In this document: piece by piece, positions 1-9,620 of the stretch
How positions within the stretch are numbered: the stretch's first letter is position 1
Layout of the letters: the number at the start of each line of letters is the position of its first letter
NCBI GenBank assembly: GCA_037305845.1
Contig: CP147778.1
Span: 2,912,001 to 2,976,000, forward strand
Reading direction: 5' to 3'
DNA length: 64,000 nucleotides
Origin: Candidatus Freyarchaeum deiterrae
GTDB lineage: Archaea; Asgardarchaeota; Jordiarchaeia; Jordiarchaeales; Jordiarchaeaceae
Position numbers and translations under genes: made by a program
Notes under the pieces: model-generated
What the model was told of the DNA's origin: nothing
The model's input: only the letters and a program-made list of their open reading frames with translations
Databases searched by the model: none

Positions 1-741
1 CCCGTGCTGTGGACAGCATTGGAAAAGAGGTTAGGTACTATAGGTATAAAAGAAGAATACGATTTCCTCAAATCACTGTCGCAACAAGAGAAGATTTGCA
101 TGGGTATAAAACGCGGACTCATGGGAGAAATGACAGGCGATTACTTCTGGTTCTTTGTTCCCATTTACAGTACAGATCCCAAAAAGCCTGGAAACGCGGT
201 AGCTATGGAGGCCTCCTCTGGCACGACAACATCTGGTGAGGAAGCTTCTAGTGAGGATACCTCCGGCGAGGAACCCCCTAGTGTGGATAATCCTGGTGGG
301 GGCGCATCTGGTGAGGAAGCTTCTAGCGAGGATACCTCTGAGGAGGGTGCCACTGGTGAGGGTGTTGGAAGAGCGACTTACTTCTTTAGAATAGTCAGCA
401 GAGACGATTATCCCCAGTATAAGAACGTAGAAGATTTGCACAAAGAATTTGACGAACTTACCAAAAAAATAAGTAGGTGCATGATTGATATAAACTTCAG
501 GCGAGAGCCAATATACTTGCCAGATGAACGATTGGATGAGCCGAAATACTTGAAGTACAAATTTGCAGTTTTGAGGTCGCCCTCTCTTCGAATTCTTCGC
601 ACCCGCTTCATAGGCAGAGTAATTCACAGTTCCCCTGAACAGTGGAAAAAAGACGTAACCGATTTGCTGAAGTTTAACGTGAGCGCGAAGGATGACTCCG
701 TGAGATGGAAGAAAGAAGCAAATGAAGGCGAAGAAAAATAA
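1..741 (+). CDS. Hypothetical protein (5' partial) with acidic low-complexity insert
   Basis: Frame is open from position 1; contains a SGEEASSEDTS duplication; first gene of an apparent operon with two zinc-ribbon genes. Confidence 0.75.
   Translation, partial: PVLWTALEKRLGTIGIKEEYDFLKSLSQQEKICMGIKRGLMGEMTGDYFWFFVPIYSTDPKKPGNAVAMEASSGTTTSGEEASSEDTSGEEPPSVDNPGGGASGEEASSEDTSEEGATGEGVGRATYFFRIVSRDDYPQYKNVEDLHKEFDELTKKISRCMIDINFRREPIYLPDERLDEPKYLKYKFAVLRSPSLRILRTRFIGRVIHSSPEQWKKDVTDLLKFNVSAKDDSVRWKKEANEGEEK
230..338 (+). repeat. 34-bp direct repeat (230-263, 305-338; 1 mismatch)
   Basis: catctggtgaggaagcttctag(t/c)gaggatacctc occurs twice, 75 bp apart and in frame. Confidence 0.9.
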
Positions 742-783
742 GAATAAGCAATTCATACATGAATAAAAGAAGGAGATTAAATC

Positions 784-1134
784 ATGACAGTAGGATATAA
801 GCACGCATGTAATTACTGCGGCAAATTAATCCCCCTGGACTCTACTGCTTGTCCGTTTTGCGGGAAGGTAAATCCAGTGGGACCATTAAGGTGCCCAAAG
901 TGCCGCAGTCCCGTCGAGAAAGGTTGGATAAAGTGTAACAATTGTGGATTATCCTTGGAAATGGTTTGCCCGTTCTGCAAACAGAAAACAGGCTTTGGAG
1001 ACTACTGCGAACACTGCGGTGAACTCATATCAGTTACTTGTGAAAAGTGCAAAATGACACAACCACGGCTGGGTGAGAAATGTTTAAATTGCGGCAAACC
1101 ACTACCAAAACTTAAGAAAGGAGGTAAAAAGTAA
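784..1134 (+). CDS. Double zinc ribbon (DZR) protein
   Basis: Eight CxxC pairs in 116 aa; SD aggag upstream. Confidence 0.85.
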   Translation: MTVGYKHACNYCGKLIPLDSTACPFCGKVNPVGPLRCPKCRSPVEKGWIKCNNCGLSLEMVCPFCKQKTGFGDYCEHCGELISVTCEKCKMTQPRLGEKCLNCGKPLPKLKKGGKK

Positions 1135-1841
1135 TGGTAAAAATGCAAGCGTTTACCAAAAATATGGACGACAATAGCACTGAGGCAGGTTTTCAGTTTA
1201 CATTCTTCTGCGACATCTGTGAAAGCGGTTACAAATCCGAATTTATACCCTCTAAAACTTACAAGAAAGGAGGTTTGATGCGCGGCCTTGGAAAAGCTAT
1301 GAATGTCGGAGCACAACTCGGAGCAGGCATAGCTAGCTATAAAGGTTTAGATAATATATCGAGCGCAGCTAGCAACATAGGAGGCGCAGCTTCCCAGGCT
1401 CCAGACCTACTTTCCGAACGTTTTCAAGGCATGCCTCCAGCATGGCACAAAGAACATGAAGCAGCCTTCGATATGGCAGTAAACGAGGCTAAGAGCAAAT
1501 TCCAGCGCTGCCCGAGATGTCATAAATGGGTCTGTGAAAACGATTGGAACTCAGAGGAAGGACTTTGCACTGATGACGCACCAAACGTAGCCACTGAAGT
1601 TGCAGCTGCAAAGGCACAGAGAGCTAAGGACCAGATATGGGAAAAGGCTAAGGAAGCTGATGTTTTCACTGGTAAAATTGAGTCGAAACAAACCCTTTGT
1701 CCTCAATGCGGCAAACCAGCAGGCTCAGGTAAGTTCTGTCAGAATTGTGGAGCACCACTTGCAATGAGTGCATGTCCGAAGTGTGGAGCAACAAATCCAG
1801 CAGGAACCAAATTCTGTGGCGAGTGTGGAGCTAAACTATAA
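1134..1841 (+). CDS. Zinc-ribbon domain protein
   Basis: CDIC, CPRC..VC..LC and C-terminal CPQC/CQNC/CPKC/CGEC; TAATG overlap with the previous gene; SD ggaggt. Confidence 0.85.
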   Translation: MVKMQAFTKNMDDNSTEAGFQFTFFCDICESGYKSEFIPSKTYKKGGLMRGLGKAMNVGAQLGAGIASYKGLDNISSAASNIGGAASQAPDLLSERFQGMPPAWHKEHEAAFDMAVNEAKSKFQRCPRCHKWVCENDWNSEEGLCTDDAPNVATEVAAAKAQRAKDQIWEKAKEADVFTGKIESKQTLCPQCGKPAGSGKFCQNCGAPLAMSACPKCGATNPAGTKFCGECGAKL

Positions 1842-2125
1842 ACTCGCACAATATCCACTTTTTTAATACTCAGTGAAAAACAAAGACCATTAATCTCCCA
1901 AGCGTAGTATTAACAATAACTTTTAGGAACTTGTAACGAAAAATTTTTTTCCATTTTTCTTTCTTCCCCCTTAATTATGTTTTTTTAATTTTATTCCCGA
2001 AGCCCTCTATTCAAAAGATTGATAGTTGCTTTCCAGCTTCTAGGTTGTTTTATGAGTTTTTCGTTAAAACCCTTTCTTCTCTCAATTGTTATTTTAAAAA
2101 AAGGGTGCTTACTATTGTGATTGGT

Positions 2126-3229
2126 TTAAGTTGTGAACATTGTTGTTGGTCGTAGTTCTTTTTCCATTACTCCTATGAGTATCATGGATAGGTTTGCGCT
2201 TGCGATCATTTTTGAGGGTTCTCCCAGTGGTCCTGCTGCTTTTTCGTAGTAGAATATTGGGAGTATGGCGTCGAATCTTCCTTTTTCTCTGGTCTTTAAT
2301 ATGAGTTGATTGAATTCCACGAATTTTTGTTCTATCTGGCTTCTTAGGTAGGATGAGGGGGCTTGAACAAATGCTGCTTTTATTAGCTCCGCATTGTAGA
2401 TGACCGTTTGGGCGGTGTCAATCGCTGTTAGGTAGTCTTCCTCCTGAAACGCTTTTTCCATTATTGGCACTAGGTAGTTTAATGTTTTTGTTAGTAGGGC
2501 TTCCTCCTCCTGATTGTTGACGTGCTCGGGTTGCACGGTTTTAAGGGTGCACTCAGCCTGCTGAATCATTTCGAAGGCAAAGTCTTTCATTGATTTTTTA
2601 AGGTCGGGAGCCTTCTCCGCCTTCTCGTCTAGGGCTTTTATTAATCCCACGAAGTCTGAGAAAACACTGCACAACTCTATTGCTAAGCAGGCTTGGAAGA
2701 ATAACTCTGAATCTTCGTCATCTCTCGCTCTTATGAGATTAACACTCGTTTCTGCTTCTTTAAAATACGTGTAAGCGAAAATCAGCCATTCAAAACCCAG
2801 GTAGGATCTTACCTTTCCATACGTTTCAGTCAGCAAAACCTTAGCTGAAGTCACCTTTTCCTCCGCTTCTGCTAGTTTGTCTTTGAAGTCTCTTTCAATC
2901 ACGCCGTCTATTTTACTCTTTAGAAGAGTGAGTAGAACAATGTTGGAGAGCAAAGCGGATACCGCTAATAAATCATATCCACAATCTAAGAGGGTATCAA
3001 CCATTTCCTTGTTTCCAAGAATATCCATGTAACAGTTAACCATACCCGATGGAAAATTCGGTCTGATAGAATCATTAACCTCTTTGAATAGAGAATCATG
3101 CTCCTTCTTCTTTTTTTCAATGAGCGTGTTAATAAGCTCATGCATTGCTGGCGAGTAAAAACCCAATTTTGCTTCCTTTATTTTGGTTCCCTTCTCTTCA
3201 TTTATAAGAGAAAAAGATAAGGTAAGCAT
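2126..3229 (-). CDS. Hypothetical all-helical protein (start uncertain, possibly 3145)
   Basis: 367-aa ORF with amphipathic helices; T-rich terminator-like region downstream. Confidence 0.7.
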   Translation of the reverse strand: MLTLSFSLINEEKGTKIKEAKLGFYSPAMHELINTLIEKKKKEHDSLFKEVNDSIRPNFPSGMVNCYMDILGNKEMVDTLLDCGYDLLAVSALLSNIVLLTLLKSKIDGVIERDFKDKLAEAEEKVTSAKVLLTETYGKVRSYLGFEWLIFAYTYFKEAETSVNLIRARDDEDSELFFQACLAIELCSVFSDFVGLIKALDEKAEKAPDLKKSMKDFAFEMIQQAECTLKTVQPEHVNNQEEEALLTKTLNYLVPIMEKAFQEEDYLTAIDTAQTVIYNAELIKAAFVQAPSSYLRSQIEQKFVEFNQLILKTREKGRFDAILPIFYYEKAAGPLGEPSKMIASANLSMILIGVMEKELRPTTMFTT

Positions 3230-3446
3230 TTAAAACTTTATCTCTTTGAGCACCGATTTTAAAAAATTTAGACCCTGCCTCTTAAAAGGGGGTCTAAGTG
3301 TCTTTTTAGTGACTTTTCGTTTCACATCCCTGATTTCTATTAATAATATTCATTTGTGGCTGCAGCCTTGATTTCAGTTCAAATTATGTATATTCGTTCA
3401 TTAAGTGTCATTATTGAGTTTGTGTGCCCTTTTTTTGTGGTTTGGT

Positions 3447-5018
3447 TTATTCTTCCATTTTTATTCTGAAGTGCTGGTCGTACGCGTTCTTAACTCTGGT
3501 TGCTGTATTTGAGTCGACTGCACCCAGCCTTTCGAGAAGGCTAATCCCCTTTGAGAACTCTTGAGCGATTTCCGGGTTTAGGAGATAATTGAAGTTTCTC
3601 AGGCCAACCTCAAAATTCTTGTTGGCATTACCTCTCTCAATCTCGTTCTGGTAGTCATTCGCTAGTCTACTGATTCCCTTTAGTCTTACTACCTGCCTCC
3701 TATCAGTTATGGTTACAGGAGACACCACTTCATAGGCTCTTCTCTGCCCCCTCCGATACTCTCCCACATAGAAGGGTACGTAAATTAGGAGGGTCTGGTC
3801 GTTTGGTAAGCGTTTCAGAGGGATGGTGAACTCTTCATACTCTATTATTGCTTTATCGGTTTTATCCTTCCAAGACTGGAAAGCATTGACTAACTGTTCT
3901 CTGAGGGCCTTTGCCTCTTCAATGGCGTCCTCGTACTCCTCTATCTCGGAAGCAAGGTTGTCAAGGTTTTCCTCGAGTTCCGACTCAATCTCATCCTGTC
4001 TCTTTTTGTAATCGGATTCGAGTCTCCTCGTCTCCCGATCCTTATCAGAGTAGAACTTGTCCACTTCTCTTTTATGAGATAGGTATTCTCCCTCGAGTTC
4101 TCTGAGGTAATCTCTCAGTTCATCAACAGTGTCCCTAAAATCACTTATCTCATCGAGCATTTCGTATACGTCCTCGGTTTCAACCATTGTCCTAACAGTA
4201 TCCGCATGCTCCGAAATGTCCTTTAATAAATCATAAAGAACACTTCCTGGTCCGGGCATCTTCAGGTCAGGTTTGGATTCCGCAAGATTGGAAGCTAGGC
4301 TTTCTTTCTTCACCTTCTCATCCTGTAATTTCTCCTGTGTTTCTGATTTCAGCTCCTCTTCTTTTTCTTTGTAATCGCTCTTAATGTTTTTGTACTGCTC
4401 AGTAGCGGCCTCGATTCGTGATTCTATGATTTCCAGGGTCGCCTTGTGTTTTTTCTTCTCTCTTTCAATAAGACCATTGGTGGGAAACCATTCAAGATAG
4501 CTTTCATCTAGAAACTCCTTGTCAATCGTGTAGGATGGCTCAATTACTTCAAACTGCTTCACGTTAGTCCACTCTTCAAGCCTGGGCAGGAGATCCTTAA
4601 TCTCCGAAGTGCAATCCTCACCCAGCCACCCCCTCATCTTCACCCCTTTGGGCCTCGACTGGTAACCCGACACCGCCGTTTTTACATAATCTTTGAGCTG
4701 TTCAACAAAGGCGAAAAAGTCCCCCTCATTGAGGTTAAAGGGAATATCAAAATCTAGGATCTGAAGATTAATCTTTGAGGATGAAAAGTCACTCCCATCA
4801 AAAACTAGTGCCTTGCTTTCATCCAGTGGGTGGACCCAGAGGGGGCAGGAAAACTTGGAAACTGAAACCAAGTCATCATCCCTTTTTCTCTCAAGTTCAA
4901 TCAAGAGTAAAGCGATAGCTGTCTCCACACTGTCCAAGTCCTTAGACGCTATCAAACTACCTGAGGGAGGCAGCATAAAGGGAACTGCAAAAATTCTATC
5001 AGACTTCATAGCTCTCAC
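3447..5018 (-). CDS. Coiled-coil protein with globular N- and C-terminal halves
   Basis: About 220 aa of E/K/L-rich heptad sequence between the CPLWVHP and YVPFYVGEY motifs. Confidence 0.8.
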   Translation of the reverse strand: MRAMKSDRIFAVPFMLPPSGSLIASKDLDSVETAIALLLIELERKRDDDLVSVSKFSCPLWVHPLDESKALVFDGSDFSSSKINLQILDFDIPFNLNEGDFFAFVEQLKDYVKTAVSGYQSRPKGVKMRGWLGEDCTSEIKDLLPRLEEWTNVKQFEVIEPSYTIDKEFLDESYLEWFPTNGLIEREKKKHKATLEIIESRIEAATEQYKNIKSDYKEKEEELKSETQEKLQDEKVKKESLASNLAESKPDLKMPGPGSVLYDLLKDISEHADTVRTMVETEDVYEMLDEISDFRDTVDELRDYLRELEGEYLSHKREVDKFYSDKDRETRRLESDYKKRQDEIESELEENLDNLASEIEEYEDAIEEAKALREQLVNAFQSWKDKTDKAIIEYEEFTIPLKRLPNDQTLLIYVPFYVGEYRRGQRRAYEVVSPVTITDRRQVVRLKGISRLANDYQNEIERGNANKNFEVGLRNFNYLLNPEIAQEFSKGISLLERLGAVDSNTATRVKNAYDQHFRIKMEE

Positions 5019-5142
5019 ACTTCAAACTGAATATTAAAGCCATTAATTTAATTACATCCTAGCAAGTCCTAATAATTCTAAACCAACTTAAATCAGTTAT
5101 TCTCGGAGGAGGGGGCCTGACTTCACAGGAAAGGTAAGTTTT

Positions 5143-5424
5143 TCACTGGGAGATTTCCACGGTTTTTACGTTTTCGGTCAAGTCGTGATCTATGATTATT
5201 CTCATTTTTCCTCCGGCTGAGTCGACGCTTGCCTTCTTGCCTATAAACCGGACACGGCAACCATTAACCGTTACTTGGTTCGCTACCTCTTCGGTAATTG
5301 TACGTTCTTCACCTTTACCAGACTCTTCTCCAGATAAAATTATTACCATTAGCCTCCAATTAACGTTTTCTAAGGTTAAATCAACCTTTTGGACACCCTC
5401 ATAAGTCGTCCTCTTCTTAACCAT
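5143..5424 (-). CDS. Small beta-rich hypothetical protein
   Basis: ATG at 5424 preceded by SD taggagatga; the ORF track start at 5493 is probably too long. Confidence 0.65.
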   Translation of the reverse strand: MVKKRTTYEGVQKVDLTLENVNWRLMVIILSGEESGKGEERTITEEVANQVTVNGCRVRFIGKKASVDSAGGKMRIIIDHDLTENVKTVEISQ

Positions 5425-5627
5425 TAAATCATCTCCTACAAATTTACTATACTTTAAAGTAAAAAGTTTTGTGCTTAGTGAAATTAGACCCATACACTGC
5501 CTCTCAAGAAATCTGCATCTATTCTTAAAGAAGCCTTGTTTTAAAGATGCCTAATGGCAAGATTCAATAGGAAGCTTTTCCTTTCTTTATTCTATATGCT
5601 TCTTAATTTTGACGAGAGGTTGTAATC

Positions 5628-7154
5628 TTGATTTTTCTGGAACTTACTGACGAGGCTAAAGTTAACGGTGGTACGCAGAGTGAACCGGGGGTTTCGGGAA
5701 GGACGTTTGGATTCTACGTTGCTGACGCTCACACTCATATCGGAAAAGAAGAAGTCTTAGAGTATGGAAGGAAAGCCTATAGGGAAAACAGTCCGAAACT
5801 TACTCTAGATTTCTATCAGAGGCTCCAGTTTGAGATTATTAACGCTATGAAAATAAATCCCAGCGGATACTGTTTTGTCCCAGCGAAACCTTTTACCAAG
5901 CCTCCAACTTTACAAGGCATGCTTTCCGAGGGCACACCCGATGCTCGAAGTATAGGCTGGACTGTTGACCAGTTCGTAGCCTTCCCCTTCAACGAAACCA
6001 CCGCCTATAAAACCAGCCCAAGCTTCCAGATACCAAACGACAGGGTTCTGAGCCGGGCAACAGTTCTCCCCTATTCCCTGAGAATGTTCGGCTTCGTAAG
6101 AGTTGACCCTCACGATGGAGATAAAGCTGTTCAGGAATTAATACGGTGCAGTCGCCAGAGAGCGAGAGGATTAAAGCTTCACCCCATTTCGCAAAAGTTC
6201 CTAAGCGAGATGCATTCCGAAAATGTGAAGAAAGTCGTGGCCACAGCAGCCAGACTCGGTTTGCCAGTCCTCTTCGACTGCAGATACCAGAGCACAGCCG
6301 AGGATATATACCGACTGACACAAGAAGTTAGAGACGAAATAGGAAGCAGCGACTTCGCCATAATAATAGGGCACTCGGGAATGGAGTACACGAAAGACGA
6401 ACTCTACGAATTCTTCAAAGACCCTAACGTCTACGCTGAAACCTCCGGAGTCAGAGGTTACGATGTTCCCCTCTTCTTCAAGAAGATGAAAAGCCATGTT
6501 CCCAACTGGTCAAGCAAGATCGTATTCGGAACAGACTACAATTACTTCAGCCTCCCCCAAGCCACAGACTTCCTCACCTACCTCTTCACAAAGGAGTTCC
6601 GCGACCAAACAGGAGGCACCCCCGAGGACATACAGCACATTCTTGCAGGAAACCTTCTATCAATAATTAAACCATTCATAATGTCACCAATCGAAGGAGG
6701 GAAAACTCCGAAAGACGGGAAACTTTACCGAGTAGGCTACGAACACGCAGATGCGTTCCTCAAAAACTTGTCACAGAGAATATCCTCCCTAATTGGGGGA
6801 AAAAAGCTAACCTACGTTACTTACGATGTCTTACTCTCCTCCGACTTCGGGATGGACTCCGAAAGCTTCCTCATAAACCTGTCCCGCGAGAAGGTCACAG
6901 CATCACAGGTCAATGAAGTCATAGTGGTTGCCAAGAGGAGGGATGAAGCAGGAGAGTGTCTGAATGTCTGCAATGTTACTGGGAAATTACTCCAAGTAGA
7001 GGAAGACTACAAGGAAGGGGGGACGCCGCAGAAAACAATACTCAACAATAAACTCTACACAAAGCTAATACACGAAATCGTCTTAAGCGCAAACCAAGAG
7101 AAAATCAAGACCAGAGAAGAAGCCGAAAAACTTCCAAAAATCCTAATCCTCTAA
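5628..7154 (+). CDS. Amidohydrolase family (TIM-barrel, amidohydro_2-like) protein with C-terminal extension
   Basis: DAHTH, GLKLHP, IIIGHSG and VFGTDY metal-binding motifs. Confidence 0.85.
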   Translation: MIFLELTDEAKVNGGTQSEPGVSGRTFGFYVADAHTHIGKEEVLEYGRKAYRENSPKLTLDFYQRLQFEIINAMKINPSGYCFVPAKPFTKPPTLQGMLSEGTPDARSIGWTVDQFVAFPFNETTAYKTSPSFQIPNDRVLSRATVLPYSLRMFGFVRVDPHDGDKAVQELIRCSRQRARGLKLHPISQKFLSEMHSENVKKVVATAARLGLPVLFDCRYQSTAEDIYRLTQEVRDEIGSSDFAIIIGHSGMEYTKDELYEFFKDPNVYAETSGVRGYDVPLFFKKMKSHVPNWSSKIVFGTDYNYFSLPQATDFLTYLFTKEFRDQTGGTPEDIQHILAGNLLSIIKPFIMSPIEGGKTPKDGKLYRVGYEHADAFLKNLSQRISSLIGGKKLTYVTYDVLLSSDFGMDSESFLINLSREKVTASQVNEVIVVAKRRDEAGECLNVCNVTGKLLQVEEDYKEGGTPQKTILNNKLYTKLIHEIVLSANQEKIKTREEAEKLPKILIL

Positions 7155-7262
7155 CATTCAAAACATTGGTAAAAGTTCCAAGACCTTATTGAAATTTTAA
7201 TAATTGCTGGGATTGGAAATAAAAAAGAGAAAAGAATGTTTTGTTTGTATTTTTACCATAGA

Positions 7263-7979
7263 TTACATGTTTCTGGATGAGTAGAAAACTACAGCCCAGA
7301 GAATGAAAGATATGAATATCAGTCCAAAGCCAACAATCAGTAGTACGTACCAAACACCGCCTAAAATGAAAAACATCGCACCTATGATGCTTAGAATCCC
7401 CGCAGCTGATGAAGCCCCTGGACTATCGGTCATATCACGCACCGAATAACTCGCCGAACCAACTAAGATGAAGGCAACACCCAGTATAAAGAATCCTATC
7501 CAGATAAGGGGAAAATTCGGCGTAGGCACAGGTAAAAAGGGAACCGCTTGCATTTCTACCATTAAATTTGCGTACATATACCCAGTTGTTAGGTTTCCCA
7601 TAATGATAAGCAAAGCTCCCCCTGCGATTACTATAATGCTGAAGATGAGACCCACTACACTCATCGCCCCTCCACCACTCTTGTGTATGCCGTAGAAGCC
7701 AATACCGATGAGAACACCGGTCACAATAAGGAGTATAGCCAATATAAAAGATGATACACTGAACGAAAACCAAGAAGGAGAATAAAGTGGGGGAGATGTG
7801 GGTTGTAATCCACCATATCCCGGTTCAAAGATAGGAATGAGGTAACTACTCCATTGCCCTAAGTAATTGTTCATGTCGGTTAGAAACGAGTAAGTTATAA
7901 AAACCCATATTATCCCAAAAGCTGCGGTTACTGTCCCTACTATTCCACCAACTGCACCAGATAGTAACGTTTTAGACAT
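7263..7979 (-). CDS. Multi-pass membrane protein
   Basis: About six hydrophobic segments; SD ggaggt. Confidence 0.8.
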   Translation of the reverse strand: MSKTLLSGAVGGIVGTVTAAFGIIWVFITYSFLTDMNNYLGQWSSYLIPIFEPGYGGLQPTSPPLYSPSWFSFSVSSFILAILLIVTGVLIGIGFYGIHKSGGGAMSVVGLIFSIIVIAGGALLIIMGNLTTGYMYANLMVEMQAVPFLPVPTPNFPLIWIGFFILGVAFILVGSASYSVRDMTDSPGASSAAGILSIIGAMFFILGGVWYVLLIVGFGLIFISFILWAVVFYSSRNM

Positions 7980-8246
7980 TCTCCAACCTCCTTAATTATA
8001 GCATGGAATTTTATTCTTACTTATTAGAAATCTTTAACATATTAACCTTGATGTCGAGGCAATTATCTAGATCAGTTTTTCATTTCGTAGGCGTCTGCAA
8101 ACAGTTCGTAGAAGGTATATAAAAAATCGTATAAAATTGCAAAAATCTTTTACCTAGAGTCGAACAAATCTCCATAACCTAAGGCTCTCTTAGGGTAAAG
8201 TTAATATGTCTCACTTTTGAAAGATTAAGTGAAAGGTGAATTTAAA

Positions 8247-9620
8247 ATGTCAATGATAAAGGTAGAAGTTATAAACGCTGGATCTGCTGAAGGAAGAGCT
8301 TTCATGAACAAGAATGACATGCAGAACATTGGCGCTGACGACTTCGACGTTATAGTTTTTATCAACCAGTACGAGGATTGGGGAGCGGCTCAGGTTATCG
8401 CGAGCAACGACTGCGCCGCCGGATACATAATGGTTGATGGATCGGTTCTCAACTCGGCAAACGTTTCAGAAGGAGACGCTGTCACCGTAAAGCGGAAAGA
8501 AGCGGTCGGTGGAGTTACTAACGTTCAAATCGGTGTGGAGCCGATGGCGGGTCAACCTACTGAGGAAGTTGTAGTTTGGGTTGCCGACCATGCTGACGAC
8601 CTTGCCCGTCTTTTGATGAAGAGGCCAATATACAGAAATCTTTCGATAGACTGGAGGGATGCAGAGATCGACCACATCAAGCTCAAAGTGCAGAAGACTA
8701 CTCCAGAACTCTACACGGAGGACGTAGCCATTATCGATCCTACTGGTAGAGAAGTAACTTTCGAGATTGTTCCCGCTGTAGACATGACGTTTAATGCCGT
8801 TCTTATGATTGATGTGTCTGGTAGTATGCAAAAGCAGGATATGAGAGTTATAAACGCTGATGGTGCGGTGGAGGGACTCAGAAGAGGGCTTAAGGAAACC
8901 CCTCAACTGAAGGACTTCATAGTTTCCATGGAAGAAGGAGCCATGGTGAGCAGAATAAAGAGTTCAGCACTGGCAACGCTCCTCTACCTCTCACTCAAAA
9001 TAGGTAGAGGATGGGGCGAAAACGTTCAGGTCATAACCTTCGCAGACGGGGCTGAGCCTCTAAGAGTAACGGACGCGGATGGAAACGTAAGCACAGTGAT
9101 AAAATGTACCGGTGAGAGCAAGGACATCGGACTTGAAACCATAGCAAACTATATCATAGAAAAGTGCAAAGAAGGAAGCGGACTAACATACATGAGCGGA
9201 GCAATAAAATTAGCCTCGGAAATCGCACCAGGGTTCCCATCAAACCCGAAAACCGGTCAACCATCCCCTATAATGTTCGTACTACTCACCGACGGAATGC
9301 CCAACAAGGGAGACTCAGGACAAGGGATAACCGTAAACCCCATACCCGCAATAAAGAAGTTCATGTCTGGGCAGACCGGCTGGGTGCTCTACTGCGTAGG
9401 AATAGGCGAAGCAGACGCTCAACTTTTACAAAAAATGGCGGAGCTTGGTAGAGGCGAGTTCCTCAAAGCAAGCGACTTCGGTCAGCTTTGGAAATGGTAC
9501 GACACTCTGGCTCAAAGGTTCGCCATCGCTGTTAAAACCACTCCCTCAACTTTCGTAGCCGAAGAAGAAGAAGTAAGAGAAATAAGAGAAGTAAGAGACG
9601 AAGGAGAGGATGCTGCTTAA
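8247..9620 (+). CDS. CDC48/VAT N-domain-like region fused to a vWA domain (no AAA ATPase)
   Basis: N-terminal pattern GYIMVDGSVLNSANVSEGDAVTV...LMKRPI...KVQKTTP resembles the CDC48 N subdomains; intact MIDAS (DVSGS, GLTYM, LTDGMPN); acidic C-terminal tail. Confidence 0.8.
   Translation: MSMIKVEVINAGSAEGRAFMNKNDMQNIGADDFDVIVFINQYEDWGAAQVIASNDCAAGYIMVDGSVLNSANVSEGDAVTVKRKEAVGGVTNVQIGVEPMAGQPTEEVVVWVADHADDLARLLMKRPIYRNLSIDWRDAEIDHIKLKVQKTTPELYTEDVAIIDPTGREVTFEIVPAVDMTFNAVLMIDVSGSMQKQDMRVINADGAVEGLRRGLKETPQLKDFIVSMEEGAMVSRIKSSALATLLYLSLKIGRGWGENVQVITFADGAEPLRVTDADGNVSTVIKCTGESKDIGLETIANYIIEKCKEGSGLTYMSGAIKLASEIAPGFPSNPKTGQPSPIMFVLLTDGMPNKGDSGQGITVNPIPAIKKFMSGQTGWVLYCVGIGEADAQLLQKMAELGRGEFLKASDFGQLWKWYDTLAQRFAIAVKTTPSTFVAEEEEVREIREVRDEGEDAA

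Noticed and set aside
230-338. CRISPR-like 34-bp repeat pair
   Set aside because: Only two copies, in frame inside a coding low-complexity insert; no cas genes
73-804. 243-aa minus-strand ORF and other nested antisense ORFs (e.g. 30994, 49576, 51133, 63747)
   Set aside because: They overlap better-supported genes on the opposite strand and have no motifs
3268-3297. Hairpin ttagaccc...gggtctaa
   Set aside because: Single 8-bp stem with no other copy; function cannot be supported
3447-5018. SMC/Rad50 ATPase
   Set aside because: No Walker A/B or signature motif
8247-9620. Functional Cdc48/VCP ATPase
   Set aside because: No AAA domain; a vWA domain follows the N domain
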